Assembly: GCA_965240325.2 (NCBI GenBank)
Contig: OZ251225.1
Span: 2,418,001 to 2,482,000, forward strand
Direction: 5' to 3'
DNA length: 64,000 bases
Source of the DNA: Rebecca billardiae RCC1528
Taxonomy: Eukaryota > Protista > Haptophyta
The notes beneath the pieces are model-generated. The model saw nothing but the letters and a program-made list of their open reading frames with translations, made no database searches and was not told where the DNA came from. How positions within the stretch are numbered: the stretch's first letter is position 1; every line of letters begins with the position of its first letter. A program made the translations under genes and the position numbers. Positions 22,755 through 35,779 of the stretch are shown piece after piece.

Positions 22755-23758
22755 TATCTCTTTCGGTTGGCCGAAGATACGCTAGCGTCCTTCCGACCAC
22801 AAAATCGCGAAAAACGCCGCAATCGCTTGGTTTTCAGACCTCGGCCCCAGCGGCAAATGCGTTCAGCGACCTCGAAAACCTTGGGACCCGCTCGGGTTTG
22901 GGCGTCAGGTGCCGTAGGCGACCGTCCGACCGCCGGAACCGTCCAAAACTCCAAAAGTCGAAGGACGCTAGCGTATCTTCCTTTTGTCTTTTGAGGGTGC
23001 CGGTAGTACGCTAGCGCCGGCTATGTTCGAGACCTCAGAGGCTAAGACTTCAGCCAGAGGTGCCCCAGGAGGTGCCCAACATGATTGACTTAATGGGCAG
23101 CAAGCGCCGCGCACGTCAGAGAGCTCCACGACTGACGTTTTGAGAGACACGCTCAGCGACGCGCGGCGCGGGCTCGTCGTCGGACGACCAACAGCACTGA
23201 GGGGTCACGGCGACAGCACACAGGGCGGGCTAGTCGGCGGGACGTGCGGCATTCGCGACTCCATCAACCGTTGACGAGCGCGCGGTGGCAGCGGCGCGCT
23301 GGTCGCACCTGCAACGCCCTGCTCAGGCACCGCGGCCACCGCGCTGCTGGCCACGCCCACGGCTCGCGCCGCAGCGGCCGCGCATAGCTTGCACTGGCGC
23401 AATTGGCGTGGCGTGCGACAGCGCGGTGGCACTCGGGGCGATGACGTTGACAATGATAAGTTGCTCCATCTCCACAGCCCGCTCGAAGCCCTGCGCCGCG
23501 CCGCTTTCCTCCGCCTCACGCCGCGCAGCGCCGCAGTCATCCAAATCACAACCGTCGTCGAGCGCGGTCGCCTCTGGAGGGCCGTCGTCGGCATCAGAAG
23601 AGAAGGTCTCGTCATGTGAGTTGTCGTTGAGGTCCCAGGCATCAATCGCGCCCGCGGCCGCCCTCGCGCGCGCCCCCTACGCGCCGTCAGAGCTCACGCG
23701 CGCCGGGGCGCCATCGAAGATACGCTAGCGTATCTTCCCCGCGGCCAACAAAGAGATA
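22755..23758. mobile_element. ~1 kb putative non-autonomous DNA transposon with imperfect TIRs and palindromic subterminal motifs
   Basis: Left TATCTCTTTCGGTTGGCC-GAAGATACGCTAGCGT versus right (reverse complement) TATCTCTTTGTTGGCC-GCGGG-GAAGATACGCTAGCGT. Internal minus-strand decayed acidic ORF. Confidence 0.65.
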
Positions 23759-23804
23759 GCAGTGGCCGGCTGATCAGGCTTGAACATTATTACAGAATCA
23801 TCGT

Positions 23805-23808
<4 letters not shown>

Positions 23809-23870
<62 letters not shown>
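23809..23870. repeat. (AT)n microsatellite
   Basis: About 30 uninterrupted AT units. Confidence 0.95.
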
Positions 23871-23875
<5 letters not shown>

Positions 23876-24307
23876 TTAATACACAGTACTCAGTAGAATA
23901 CTACAGGCGCGGGACCGGACACCCGGTCACCGTGACCGGACGCGCGGACGGGACGTCGTGGCGACGGGACGTTGCCGCGCCTCCACTCAGACCACTGACC
24001 TAACTCTCCGCGGCATCAGGCGCGACAGGCGCCGACCACTCATAATATAATCGCCATATATCAGTCGCCACTGCCAGTAGTCTGAGTCTGAACGTGGCGG
24101 AGATCCGTGATGAGTCCGACTGCATTATGAGTGAACTCGGCCTCGGGCTCGGGCCCGACTCCCGACTCCCGAGTCGGTCGGAGTCGGACCAGCGCGCGAG
24201 ATCTCATGTCCCGATGTTGATTGTTGATGATCGGGCGGGAGGGCCGCGTCAACTGCCGCCAGTGCCCAGTGTCCAACTGCGCATGCCGGAGGAATGGCGC
24301 ACCCGGC

Positions 24308-25331
24308 TTAGACGATGCGTTCGAGCTCCTTCGCATACGACAGCGTCTCGTGTATCAGCCGCATGGATGGGATTTCCAGCGGCTTTTCCGTCTGGTGCTG
24401 GAACGTGATAATGCCGCCCTCGATGGACCACTCCCGCTGCGCGCAGAGAGTGGCGACGCAGCGAACCAGGGCGTGAGGCCGCGAGAAGGAGGGCGGGCAG
24501 CGGGCGTGAGCATGCGCCGCACGGTTCGCACGGGCAGGGCGCCGTGGACGGCAGCGTACCGTTGCCGCGTACGCCTCGAGCTCGGCGGGCGCACTGAACA
24601 TGAGCATCTGCTGCGCGTGCGCAACTGACATGGTGCGGTACGCCTTCTCCGCGCACGCCGCGATCTCCTCGCGTACAGTGTCCACGAGCATGCCCATGAA
24701 GAACTGGCCTTCTTGCGAGTAGAGGCCGTCGGCGCGCGCGTTGAGCACCTTGTTGAAGCTGCCCTCCATGATGTACTGCTCGAGCTGCGATGGGTACTTG
24801 ATGTAGATGTTCGAGTCGTGCAGCTCGGACGGGATCAGCTCGAGCTCGGTGTGGAACTCAGCGGTGCGGTTCTGGGCGAGCAGGCGGAGCAAGTTGAGGC
24901 CCAAGATGGGGAATTGTCGCTGCGACTCGGGCAGCACGGACCTGCGCGCAGGCAACAGGCAGCGCTCAGCGCGCATGAGCTCCCCAAGCGCAGTCGCGGT
25001 GGGTGCGAGAGCGCTGGCGAGGCGACGTCACACACCTGAAGTCGTTGTAGAACACCTTGAGCTGCGAGACGTAGCGCTCGAATGCGGGAATGTCATGCGT
25101 GCGGATGCTCAGGAAGGCCCCGTGCTCCAGGATCTCGCGCGACAGGAGCAGCTCCTGCTGCATGGTGGGTGACTGCGTCACGCCCAGAGGTGGCAACGAT
25201 GCGAACTGCGTCATGCGCAGTTTGAGGTCGTCAAGCATCGAGGCGCACTTGTCCACATCGCACGGCTTGTTGTCGAACGCCTTCTTGAACTGCTCAAAGC
25301 GCTGCGCGGCCTCCTGCAGCTTGGCGTCCAT
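24308..25331 (-). CDS. RPN12: 26S proteasome regulatory subunit Rpn12/PSMD8; introns 24942-25035, 24437-24559
   Basis: REILEHGA..SI, FERYVSQLKVFY, ILGLNLLRLLAQNRTAEFHTELE, LEQYIMEGSFNKV, C-terminal YAKELERIV. Confidence 0.95.
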
Positions 25332-25541
25332 GCTTGCTGGTCGCCGATCAACGAGCGCGGGCGCGTCGCGACTCGCGCGATCTCGTCAAGAGCAGCGGCA
25401 GCGGCTGGCTTGGCGCGACCTCCCCCACGATGGCTGCCATCGCAGGAGGCGCGGAAAAGTGAGCTAGTCACTTGCACGGCACTCGCCGGAGTCGCCGCCC
25501 AGCATACCGAACGAGGTTCGACCCAGGTGGGGGCTTGAACG

Positions 25542-26009
25542 ATGGACCGTGGTACCTCCGTCATCGTTCTCCTGCTGGTGGCAACCACCATCGCGTTCAT
25601 CATCTTCGCTGCGCGCGACCTCGTCTCGGCCACTCGAACTGGAGGGCTCGGCGCGCCCAATTCATTGGCGCCTCAGTGCACGTACAAGCGCGTGCATTCC
25701 TGCCGTGACTTCGGCCCCTTGCAGCCACGCGTCTTTCATGAAGCAGCGTTGGCAGCGGGATGGCCGTGCGAGCATCAGCGGAATCTATGCGGACAGAACT
25801 ACTACATTCCGCGTGACCTTGGCTGCCCGAATTCGACCTGGGACTACCTCTACGAGCACGGCTACGTGTACGGGAGCTGCTACCTGCCATGCCCAGCTGG
25901 GTGCGAGCGCGTCATGCACCAACCTTGCACATGCGGCCCTCCGCAGAGCCGCCTTCATGGACTTGCGGCCAGTCAGCACAGCGTCAGAGACTCTGACGTG
26001 CTGGGCTGA
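25542..26009 (+). CDS. small membrane-anchored/secreted Cys-rich protein
   Basis: N-terminal TM segment VIVLLLVATTIAFIIFAA and 10 Cys. Divergent from RPN12. Confidence 0.55.
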   Translation: MDRGTSVIVLLLVATTIAFIIFAARDLVSATRTGGLGAPNSLAPQCTYKRVHSCRDFGPLQPRVFHEAALAAGWPCEHQRNLCGQNYYIPRDLGCPNSTWDYLYEHGYVYGSCYLPCPAGCERVMHQPCTCGPPQSRLHGLAASQHSVRDSDVLG

Positions 26010-26306
26010 TCGGTTATTCAAGCCGAGTTCCATTGTGACGCGGGCAATGACAACGAGTCAATATGACCGCGTTCCGCGGTCCTTTTCCGTAGAACGAACG
26101 TAGTTCGGGGCCCGCGGTGGCGGTGCACCCTCCGTCGCAGCCATCGTCTAAATATTGCTGACGACCAGTTGAAGCATGATGCCCGTACAACTGCTAGTGC
26201 TACGGACTCGCCATCGGTCAGCAGCGGCGCGCCGCCGCCCCGGCCGCGCGGCCGGGGCCCGGGCGGGCCCATCGCAGCCGCCGGCGCGGCGCCGAGCGAT
26301 TGTGTA

Positions 26307-26636
26307 CAGGCGGATGCGACGAGGCGTGATCGACGCACGAGCGCGACTCCACGTGCAAGCCAGGCCACGCGGAGCTGACTGACAGCCAGGGAGCACGGTG
26401 CGGGGCCGCGGATTCGTTCGGGCCGCTCAGTGCGGGCCGCTGCTGCTGACCGCTGTCGTCACCGCACGCCGGCAGCGCCGCCAGGATATAGATGATTTGC
26501 ACTGAGTGTCCGAGTAGGGTTCGACCAGCGCCTGCGCGACGGCCGACAGGCGGGCGCGAGGCGTGATCGATGCATGAGCGCAACTCTACGTGCACGCCAG
26601 GCCACGCGGTGCTGACAGCCCGAGGGAGCGCGGTGC
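26307..26636. repeat. direct repeat of ~90 bp (26307-26401 and 26546-26636)
   Basis: GAGGCGTGATCGAcGCAcGAGCGCgACTCcACGTGCA.GCCAGGCCACGCGG occurs twice. Confidence 0.85.
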
Positions 26637-27495
26637 CGAGGTGCGAGGGCAGCAGGCATGGCAAGGGCGGCGCGTGGTGAAGTCGGAGACTCAGAGATCG
26701 ATCAGTCGTCCGTCCGGCATCAGGCGCCGGCTGGCGCCGCTGCCCCCGAGCTTGCGAGAGCCCGAATACAGGGCGGCTGCCGCGGCGCAGGCGCCGGCCC
26801 GACGCGCGGCGGCCGCGCAGGCAGTCGACACGCCACACGGGGCGGCGGGGGCGCGCGGAGTGAGCGGGGCACCTATAAACGGATAGCTGCGGCGGGTATT
26901 TTTCAATGTCTCGCACTATTGGAGTTGGTTGGACTATTATGTCAACGGTCGTTCTTGGCATCTTGCGGCGGCGAGGCCATATTTATTTTACTATGGTCGC
27001 ACTACATGAACAAGAGTCTACCCCCCTAATTATTCCTTTGTACCCACAATACCCAGCCTCGCACACTTGGGCCGTGGGTTTCGTTGTGATAGTGGCCTCT
27101 GTTCACTATTCAAGACGGCGGACGCGACCTTTTTCGACGCTAATCCATGTGTAAGGGGGTCTAAAAAATCGAAACTCGGTCTCCTCCACTCTGGAAAACA
27201 CCGCCCCGTCCCTTTTTCTTTGATCAAAGATCTTTTTGAAACGTGGTTAGTGCCCGCGTCGCGGGCTCCACGCTGCGCGTTCCGCCCTGCACCGCGGGCC
27301 ATGAAAGAAAAGGTACCGAAAAGGAGCACAAATGCCCCGGAGCGTCGGCTTCTTGGACTGTGTCGGAGAGCGTGCGATGATCATGAAGGATGGCGCGGCA
27401 ACCTGCCACCGTGAGCCTTACGCACGTTAAAACAAATAAACCGCGTAGCGTCATAATCTGCGTCGGGGTAGTAGCGCACTGGCGCAGCACCTTCC

Positions 27496-30400
27496 TTACG
27501 AGGCGGATGATGCAGCGCCGTGCGGTGGCGCAACGGAGTCGGCCCCGACGACAGTGGTGACGCCAACGGGCTGCTGGCAAGTCGGCATCTGGGGCCGCGG
27601 CCGGAGCTGTGCCAGCCGCGCACCCAGGCGTGCCGGGATCGCGCGCCGCGCGGCCAACGCGGGGCGCGCAAAACGCGGCACCGTTGCATCATCCGATACC
27701 TCGACGCCCTTCGACTCACTGCCACCCTCGTTCTTCTCGTCCACAGCATCGGTTCCATCGGCGCGTGCCAGCTGCAGGAAGACCTGCTCGAGCGTGGGCT
27801 GGCTTGCTGCGTACTCCACGATCCCGACGGTGTGCATGTGCGCCTGCACCGCCTCGAAGATGCTGGCGAGCTGGCCTCCGGGTGCCTCGCCAGGCGCCTG
27901 CACGTGCTTGGGTGCCGAGGCAGTGGCACCTGGCATGCCCACGGCGTGCATGTTGCTCTGCACCGCCTCGAGCATCGCCGCGAGCTGCCCCCCGCGTGCG
28001 CCGCCCGACGCCTCCGGTGCGGTCGCTTCGTCCATCACGTACTTCAGCTTGGTGCCGTGGTACTCGTCCAGGTGCGCACTCGCGCCAAATGTTCGCGCCA
28101 CGAATGCGCGAACATCATCAACGCGGCCGGGCGCACACTTCAGCTCAAGCACGTAGCCGCCGCCGAAGCGACTCTTGAGACGCTGCAGGCCGCCGAGGCA
28201 GCGCAGCCGTCCGGCTGAGATCACGCCGACACGGTGGCACAGCGCCTCACACTCCTCCATGGAGTGCGACGTGAGCACGATCGCACGCCGCCGAGCCTCC
28301 TGGCTCAGCACATCCCACATGTGGCGGCGGGCGAGTGGGTCCATACCCGAGGACGGCTCATCGAGAAAGATGACCGCGGGCGAGCCAAGCAGCGCTATGG
28401 CAAGGCTCGTCTTGCGCTTGTTCCCACCTGAGTATGCCGCCGTCGGCCGCGCTGCGTGTGGCCGGAGCCCGAGGCGGGTGATGAGCGCCTCGGCAGCATC
28501 GTGTGCGTCTGCGGGAGCCATGTGCTTGAGCGCGCCGTATAGCGCTAGCGCCTCTCGCGCGGTCATCCAGTCAATCAGCGGGTCGGTCTGCGGGCAGTAG
28601 CCCACGGTGGAGAAGACGGACTGCAGCTGTGAGACCACATCAAATCCGCCCACACGCGCATGTCCACGAGTGGGCATGTGGAAGCCGGTGAGCACTTTGA
28701 GCGTGGTTGACTTGCCCGCACCTGCGCGAACAAGCAAGCACGGGGTGGAGCGCGGAAAGCCACGCTACTGTTCAGGGCGGGTGCGGACGGGGGAAAAGCG
28801 CTCGCTCCGCAGGGCGGCTGGCTCCGCACCATTCACGCCGAGCAGTCCGAAGCATTCGCGCGCCCGCACACGCAGCGAGATGCCGCGCACAGCGAGCTTT
28901 GGCGGGTTGGCTCCACGGCGTGGATACACCTTCCAGAGCCCATGGATCAGGACAGCCTCGTCGTTGCGAGCAGCTTCGACGCGTGCCTCGAGGGCCCCGC
29001 CCGGCCACATCCCCCGCGTGGGCTGGCCCTCCGCCGCGTCGATGTCGGCGCGCTCCGCAGCAACGTCCTCATCCTCCCCCGCCGCTGACTCCGCCTCACT
29101 TGCAGCGGCCGCACTGGCGGCCCGCGCGGCAGCAGAGCCCGCGCACGGCATGACGCGTGAGGCGAGGCGGCGCAACTCATCGCGCCGAGCGAGGAGGAGC
29201 AAGACCACAAAATAGATCGCAGCGAGCGCTCCGTTGAAGCGCAGTGGCCGGCCGAGCACGTCCTCTGCGAGCGGGTCTTGCGGTATGCCCGTGAGTAGCT
29301 GCACGTAGTAGGACTGCGAGAGCGCAAGCAAACCCTCGCCGAAATTGAATGGTGGCAGTACGCGGTACACCCACACGAGCTGTTCGGCGACCTCACGAGT
29401 GCGATCAAGCGAAAGCATGATGAGGTTTGCCATGACCAGCACGAACCCCGAGACGAGTTGCACGAGCACCAGCGCGATCTGCGCGCTCGAGCCTGTCTCG
29501 AAGCCGAGCGAGAGCGCATACGTCTGCGGCAGCACAGCACATCCATAGAGGAACATGTGCAGGAAGAGCAGCCCCACGCTGCGTCCTGTGCCGACGAGCG
29601 AGGGCTCACCATACGCGAGCAGCACGCACATCACGAGCGCCAGAAGCACCGCGTACTGCAGCAGGTCCCAAACGTAAGTCGAGAGCCAGTAGAGGGCGGG
29701 CCGCGCGCCCGAGAGCAACTGCAGGTGAGTCGAGCCGATTGCACGCTCGCGCACCACAAATGTCGAGAACGCGGCCGGGATGTAGCAGAAAGGAACGAGC
29801 ACAAAGATGGAGGAGAGCACGGCGAGGATGAGGCGCAGCTCGAGCTCCTGCTTCGACGTGAGCGGCAATGGCTCGACGGACACGCTGTACACGTCTGCCG
29901 TGCGCGCAGTTGAGTTCATCGACGGCTCAGCACCTGGCTCGGAATCGACCGACACATCGGCTGCGTCTGCGCGTGCCGGGCACCTGTCCGCCGGCTTGCG
30001 GGCGTCGAGGGCGTCGGCGTACTGCGCAGCGTGCAGAGCCCCGGTCACCGCGCCGATGGCGTGCGGCGACGTCGCGTTGTGCATCAGGCTCAGCGCCGCG
30101 CCGAGTGAGAGCGTCACATTGCGCGCGCGTGTGGCACGCCCCCGGTCATTCGGTGCCTCGCCGATCACAAGCTCGTCGCGGCATGAGGCCGTCGGCTCAC
30201 CCACGCGCGTGCACAGGCCGCGGAAGCGCACGCCAGTCGTGCTGACGAGCGCCTGCTCGGCATGCAGGTAGACGGGCACGCCCCGCCCCGCCACGAGCGC
30301 GGCGAGCGAGCGCGTGTCGAAGACACTCGCCAGCCCGATCGGCAGGGCTGGCGGCCCGCCGTCCTCGCTGTCCGATGTCGCTGCGGCTGCAAGCCGAACG

Positions 30401-33400
30401 CGAGCCTCCAACTTGACGGCGTGAAAGGTGACGGCGGGCTGCCAGGGCACGCTTATCGAATCAACGCGTTCGGCGGCAAGAGTGAGGCCGCTCAGCCGCA
30501 GTGAGGTGAGCGGCAGCTGCACTTCGCCCAGCTCGATCACGCCAAGCTCGGCCGACTCGCCCGGCAGCAGGAAAGTGAGTGCGCTCAGCGTTGCGCTCAC
30601 GACCGGCTCTAAAACCGCATCGTCCACGCCGGTCGAGTTGGCCAGCTGCGCAGTGATCGAAGAGACACTGAGCGCATCGAGCTCGCCGTCGAGCACGTCG
30701 CCCGCAAGCCGAGCAATCGAGTCTCCCAAGACCATCAGCAGTGCACCCGGCACAAGCTCATCGTAGCCCTTGCCGTCCACAAACAGGTTTTCGCGCATGT
30801 ATGGAAGCGCACCACGCAACAGTGAGCACGCCTCGCCGATCAAGGACTGCTCGCGCGAGAGCTCGAGGATGGAGGATACGTTCGCAAGGGCGAAGCCGAG
30901 CGGGCCACTCGGCGCGAGCAATGCCGCCGGGTCGAGCCGCGCAGTGCCCGTCAGCACCGACACGAGCGCGCCACCCACCGTGCCGCTTGCACCGAGAGCA
31001 TCGACTCCGCCATCGATGGCAGCGCCGAGCGCGATCGCCGTCAAGGCCGAGGAAAGGCTGTCCAGCACAGACGCAGTGCCATTCGCGCCGGGCACGCCGA
31101 CGAGCGCGCCGACCGCGGCGTCGAGCACCGCGCGCAGCACCACCGTCGCGTTGCCTGCAAGCGACTCGGCGTCCAGCAGCGGGCCCACCGCCACGGGGAC
31201 GCTGGCATTGATCCCAAGCAGCGCGAGCAGAGCGGTCGTGCCAGGATCGGCGGTGCTGGCGCTGTCAGCGAGGGGGCAGACGAACGAGAGCGCAACCAGC
31301 GCCTGCGCGGCGAGCAGCTCGATCTCGGGCGTCACCTCCAGGCGGAACTGCACACGATCGTCTGCGACCATGCCCATGTACCGCGGCATCTCGCGCGTCG
31401 CGTCATCGTCCCATGTGGCCAGCATGTGACGAGACATGGCGATGCTCGACGACACGTTCACGTCCTCGACCGCGAGCAGAGGGTCGGACGTCAGCAGTTC
31501 GGCGCGCAAGGCGACGGCGTCGAGGACGCCGCGCGAGGGCGGGGCGCGCGGCTCGATGCCCGCAAGGCCGAAGAGCGCGCCCTCGATCGCGTTTGCCGGC
31601 CGCGTGGCCTCGTCCTCTGCCCCGTCGTCGTCGTCAAGCCGGGGGCCGCCTGCCGCATACTGAAAGGCTGTGGCGGCGCTGCCGTACAGGGCGGAGGAGA
31701 GCGGGATCTGCGGGCCGGTGGTGCGCGTGTCGATGGTGAGCACGAGCTGCACGAGGGCGACGAGGACAACGGGCGCGAGCACGTTGGCGGCGGTGCCCTT
31801 CTTGTCGCGACGCGCACACAGGGCGCGCTTGGCGAGCAGCGCACGGAGCTGCACGTGCACCGGCGCACGCCCCGGCTTTCTTGTCGCCATCTCCGCGCCA
31901 AGCGCCGGTGTGGCGCGAGTCTCGGCGCCGGCGCGGCGCATGCGTGGGAGCCAGCGCGACGTCCGGGGCGCCGATTCGGCAGACGCCGGGCTTGACTCGC
32001 TGGGGCTATCCAGAGGGTGGCACGCTGGTTCGCGCCGGCGCCCGCTGAGCCCACCAAGCCGCGCGCCGAGCGCGCTCGCGAGCGCGCCCGGTCCAGCGAA
32101 GGCGCCACGCGCACCCGTGTGCGGCTTGTGCGCGGCTGCAGGTGAGTCCGCCGCAAGCCCGTCGGCCGACAGATTGTCGGACGAGCCGCGCGGCCCACCG
32201 CGCGGCTCGTGCGACTCGGCCGCCTCGCTGCTCGAGCTGACGGAGCCGGCACCCGTGCGCACACCCACGGCCGCGCGCGCGACCTTGCGCGCGTCAGCCT
32301 CGTCCGCGTCGGCGGCGAGGAGCTGCGGCTCGTCCTCCCACACGGGCTGTGGCACGCCCGTGTGCTCGCGCCGCTCGCGCGCGCGCTGCGCCGCCTCGGC
32401 GCGCTTGGCGAGCGCGAGGAACACCTCCTCCATCGACGTCATCGACATGCCGTAGCCGCCCACGCGCAGCGCGGCCGCGCGCGCGTCCAGCTCGCGCAGC
32501 ATGCGCGGAAAGCGCTCGCTCTCGTCGAGGGGGAGGCGGTACGACGCCTCGTTGCCGGCGACCGACAGCGGCTGCGTCGAGGGCACGTGCGTGCGCAGCA
32601 GCGCGAGCACGGCCGTCGATGCGCCAAGCTCAGCGGCGGAGCCGGCGTGCGCGCCGGCGCCGCCGCCCGTGCACGCCACGCCCGGCGCGCTCGGCGCCGC
32701 CGAGGCGTCGTCGGCGTCGGCGCCGGCAGCACCGGCGTGCGCGTTGCGTGGCAGCTCGAGCTGGACGGTGAGCGTGTACCCCAGCCCGAACTGCGTCTTG
32801 AGGAAGAGCGACGATCCAAAGGCCTGCAGGTGGCCGTCGGCGAGCACGGCGATGCGGTCGGCCAGCAGGTCGGCCTCGTCCATGTAGTGCGTGGTCAGCA
32901 CGAGCGAGCGCGAGGCCTTGTGCGCCTGCAGCAGCTCCCACGTGGCCCGCCGGCTGTGCGGGTCCATGCCCGACGTGGGCTCGTCCAGCAGCACCGCGCG
33001 CGAGCGCGCCACGAGCGCGAGTGCGACCGAGAGCTTGCGCTTCATCCCCCCGGACAGCGCGTACGCGTGCGTGCGCGCCTTGTCGCCCAGACCGAGCGCG
33101 AGCAGCAGGGGCTCGGCCTCGGCGCGCGCGTCCGCGACGCCTTGCGCCGGGTTGGCGACGGGGAGGGCGCCGCCGTGTGCCGCGAGGAACGCCACGGTAT
33201 CCGCCTCCGCGCCCGACTCGCCGCCCGCCGGCGGCTGCTGCTGCGCGCGCGCAGGCTCCGCAGCCGCGGGCGCGACGCTGCCCTTGATGGCCGCAAAGAG
33301 CTCGAGGTGCTCGGCCACGCTCAGCCGGCCGAAGAGCACGTCGTGCTGCGGGCAGAGCCCGAGCAGCCGGTACACCTCCTCGCGCTGGTGCGAGATGGAC

Positions 33401-35430
33401 TGGCCGAACGCGAAGCAGTCGCCGTCCGTCGGCGGGTACAGGCCGGTGAGCACGCTGATCAGGCTCGTCTTGCCCGCGCCGTTGTGCCCGAGCAGGCAGG
33501 TGATGCGGCCGCGCAGCATGCCGACGGACACGCCCTTCACCGCCACCTTGCGCGCGGCGCCCGAGCCGTACACCTTGAGCAGCCGCGAGACGTACACGCC
33601 GTCGTACGCAGCGCCCTCCGCGCCGCCCGACGCCGTGTCCTCCTCGACGACGGGCGGCGCGGCGGCGGCCACCTCCTCGGCCGCCAGCGGGTCGAGCGCC
33701 GGCGCGCGCGCGCCCGCGCCGCCCGCGTCGGCCTCGCCTGCGCCGAGGCGTGGGCCGACGACGGGCACGCGCGCGAGCGCGGCGCGCGCGCGGGCCGGGA
33801 GGCAGAAGAGCGGGTGACGCGGCGCGCCGTACTGCGTGGGCACCGTCTGGTCGAGGTACAGCGCCGCGAGCAGGTAGAGGACCGCGTCGAGCGCCATCAT
33901 GCCGATCGTGGCCGCAAACGAGAAGGGCTCAGACGACGCGGTCGCGGCCGTGACGCCCACCTCGGCGTACTCGTAGTCGGCGACGAAGTCGGCGCCGAAG
34001 GCGAAGGCGGATGGCGAGAGGAGCGAGGTGAGCAGCTTCTCCGCCACGCGCTCGTTCCGGTCCGTCGCGAAGAAGGCGAACTTGGGGACGACCGCCGCGA
34101 CGTAGAGCATCGGCGCGGCGACCGCGGCGAGCTTGGCGCGCGAGAAGGCCGTGGACATGAGTAGCGAGAGCGAGACCGTCGAGAGCAGGAAGGTCTCGAC
34201 CCAGAGGAAGATGAGCAGCGGGTTGGAGTTGGCAACGAACGTGGAGCATATCACCGCCGTGACGAACGTCGCCGTCAGCGTGAACTGCGCCGCGCCCGTG
34301 AGCAGCCACGCGGAGACGAGCGCGTCGTACCGCAGGCCCATGCAGCGCAGCGTCTGCCGCAGCCGCGCCTCCTTCTCCTCCACGATGGCGCGCGTGAGCT
34401 GCGAGACGGGGTACATCAGCGCGATCGCCATGAAGAAGCCCATCAGGTAGCCCACCGCGCGGTAGAAGATGTTCTGGCTGTACCGCGCCGTCGGCATCGG
34501 GATGAGCGGCGCGCCCGCGAGCGGCTCGCCCGCGTCCGCCGGCCCGTCGGGCGGCTCGCCGCTCAGGATGCGCTCCGCGCTCGCCGGGTCGGCGAGGTGC
34601 AGCACGAAGCCATGCACGGCGCGCTGGAGCGTGAGCACGCCGGAGAGCAGGTACTTCTGGTAGTTCGTGTCCAGCCCGCGCGCCACCAGCCGCACGCGCG
34701 ACCACGTGTTCGGGACCGTCGTGTAGTTGACGCGCACCGTGTAGTTGACGGCGCACGGCTGCAGCGAGCCAAAGTGCAGCAGCGCCCACGTCTGCTCCTG
34801 CGTGTTCGCGAGGATGTACTCGACGGCGGCGGGCTCGTCGGCGTGGATGCGCACGCGCAACGTGTCCGGCGCATCCGCCTGCGCCTCGAGGTACTCGGCC
34901 AACGCCGACACAGCCGGCGACTGGGGCGAGAGGTGGATGGTGCCGAGCGTGAGCACGTTGCCAAACAGCCGACCGAACCGGTTCTGCGACAGCAGCTCGT
35001 TCTGCACAGACTCGGTGAGATTCCGCGTGAGCTCGTGCAGCCGAACGTACTGCTCGATCGTGGGCACAGGCAGCGGCCCGTTCAGCACCGCGTCGAGCGT
35101 CGAGCGCACACGCACCAGATCGCCCGTCGTCACCGCGCCCCCGCCGCCCAAGCCCGCCGAGCCGCCGCTGCCACCCCCCAGAGCGCCCACGTCGCCGAGG
35201 CCATCCGCGCCACCGAAGGCGCCGAGGACGACGGTCGTGTTGATGTAGCGCCCGTTGTACACGCCCGCGCCGAACACCTCCACCTCAGACAGCTCGTACC
35301 CGAACAGCAGGATCGTCATGAAGCCGACCGGCAGCAGCAGCTCGAAGAGCGCCGTGCGCGGCGAGCGGCGCTTGAGCAGCCAGTTCTTCCATAGCAACGC
35401 GCGCAGCTGCACCCCAAAGACACTCGGCAT
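27496..35430 (-). CDS. full-size ABCA-family lipid transporter (TMD-NBD-TMD-NBD); intron 28722-28829
   Basis: QLRALLWKNWLLKRR, IVEEKE, GHNGAGKTS, LSGGMKRKLS, LLDEPTSGMDP, SSLFLKTQFGLGY. Second NBD has GVNG|AGKST, YSGGNKRK, FLDEPSSGMDP, TLEQVF. Confidence 0.95.
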
Positions 35431-35779
35431 GCCGCCCGCGCGCGTGAAACCACCACGCGCTCCGCACGCGCTGCCGGGACGCGCTCACGGCCAGGGCGGG
35501 GCGATGGGGCCGGGGGCGTCCGAAATCGTCAAAAGCAGCCGGATCTTGCGGTGCCATGGCCCATCCTGAATCTTCTCATCAGCCTGCGCTGTCTTGTAGC
35601 TCGGCCTCCTTCGTCGGCGAGCAGCCTCGGTGGACCAGTTCTCGTGACCGGCAACCAAGGGAAGGGGCCAAGGGGGTGGCAACCGCCCGAGGAGGCGAAG
35701 GACTGTGCTGGACGTGAGAGTGGTCGAGGTAAAAGTGTCGTCGGATTGGAAGCTCTCACGCACGATCGCGCTCGTACCA

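Noticed and set aside
26880-27470. Lower-GC block downstream of ABCA as a possible mobile element or RNA gene
   Set aside because: No TIRs, TSD, tRNA cloverleaf or rRNA/snRNA signature could be identified by eye.
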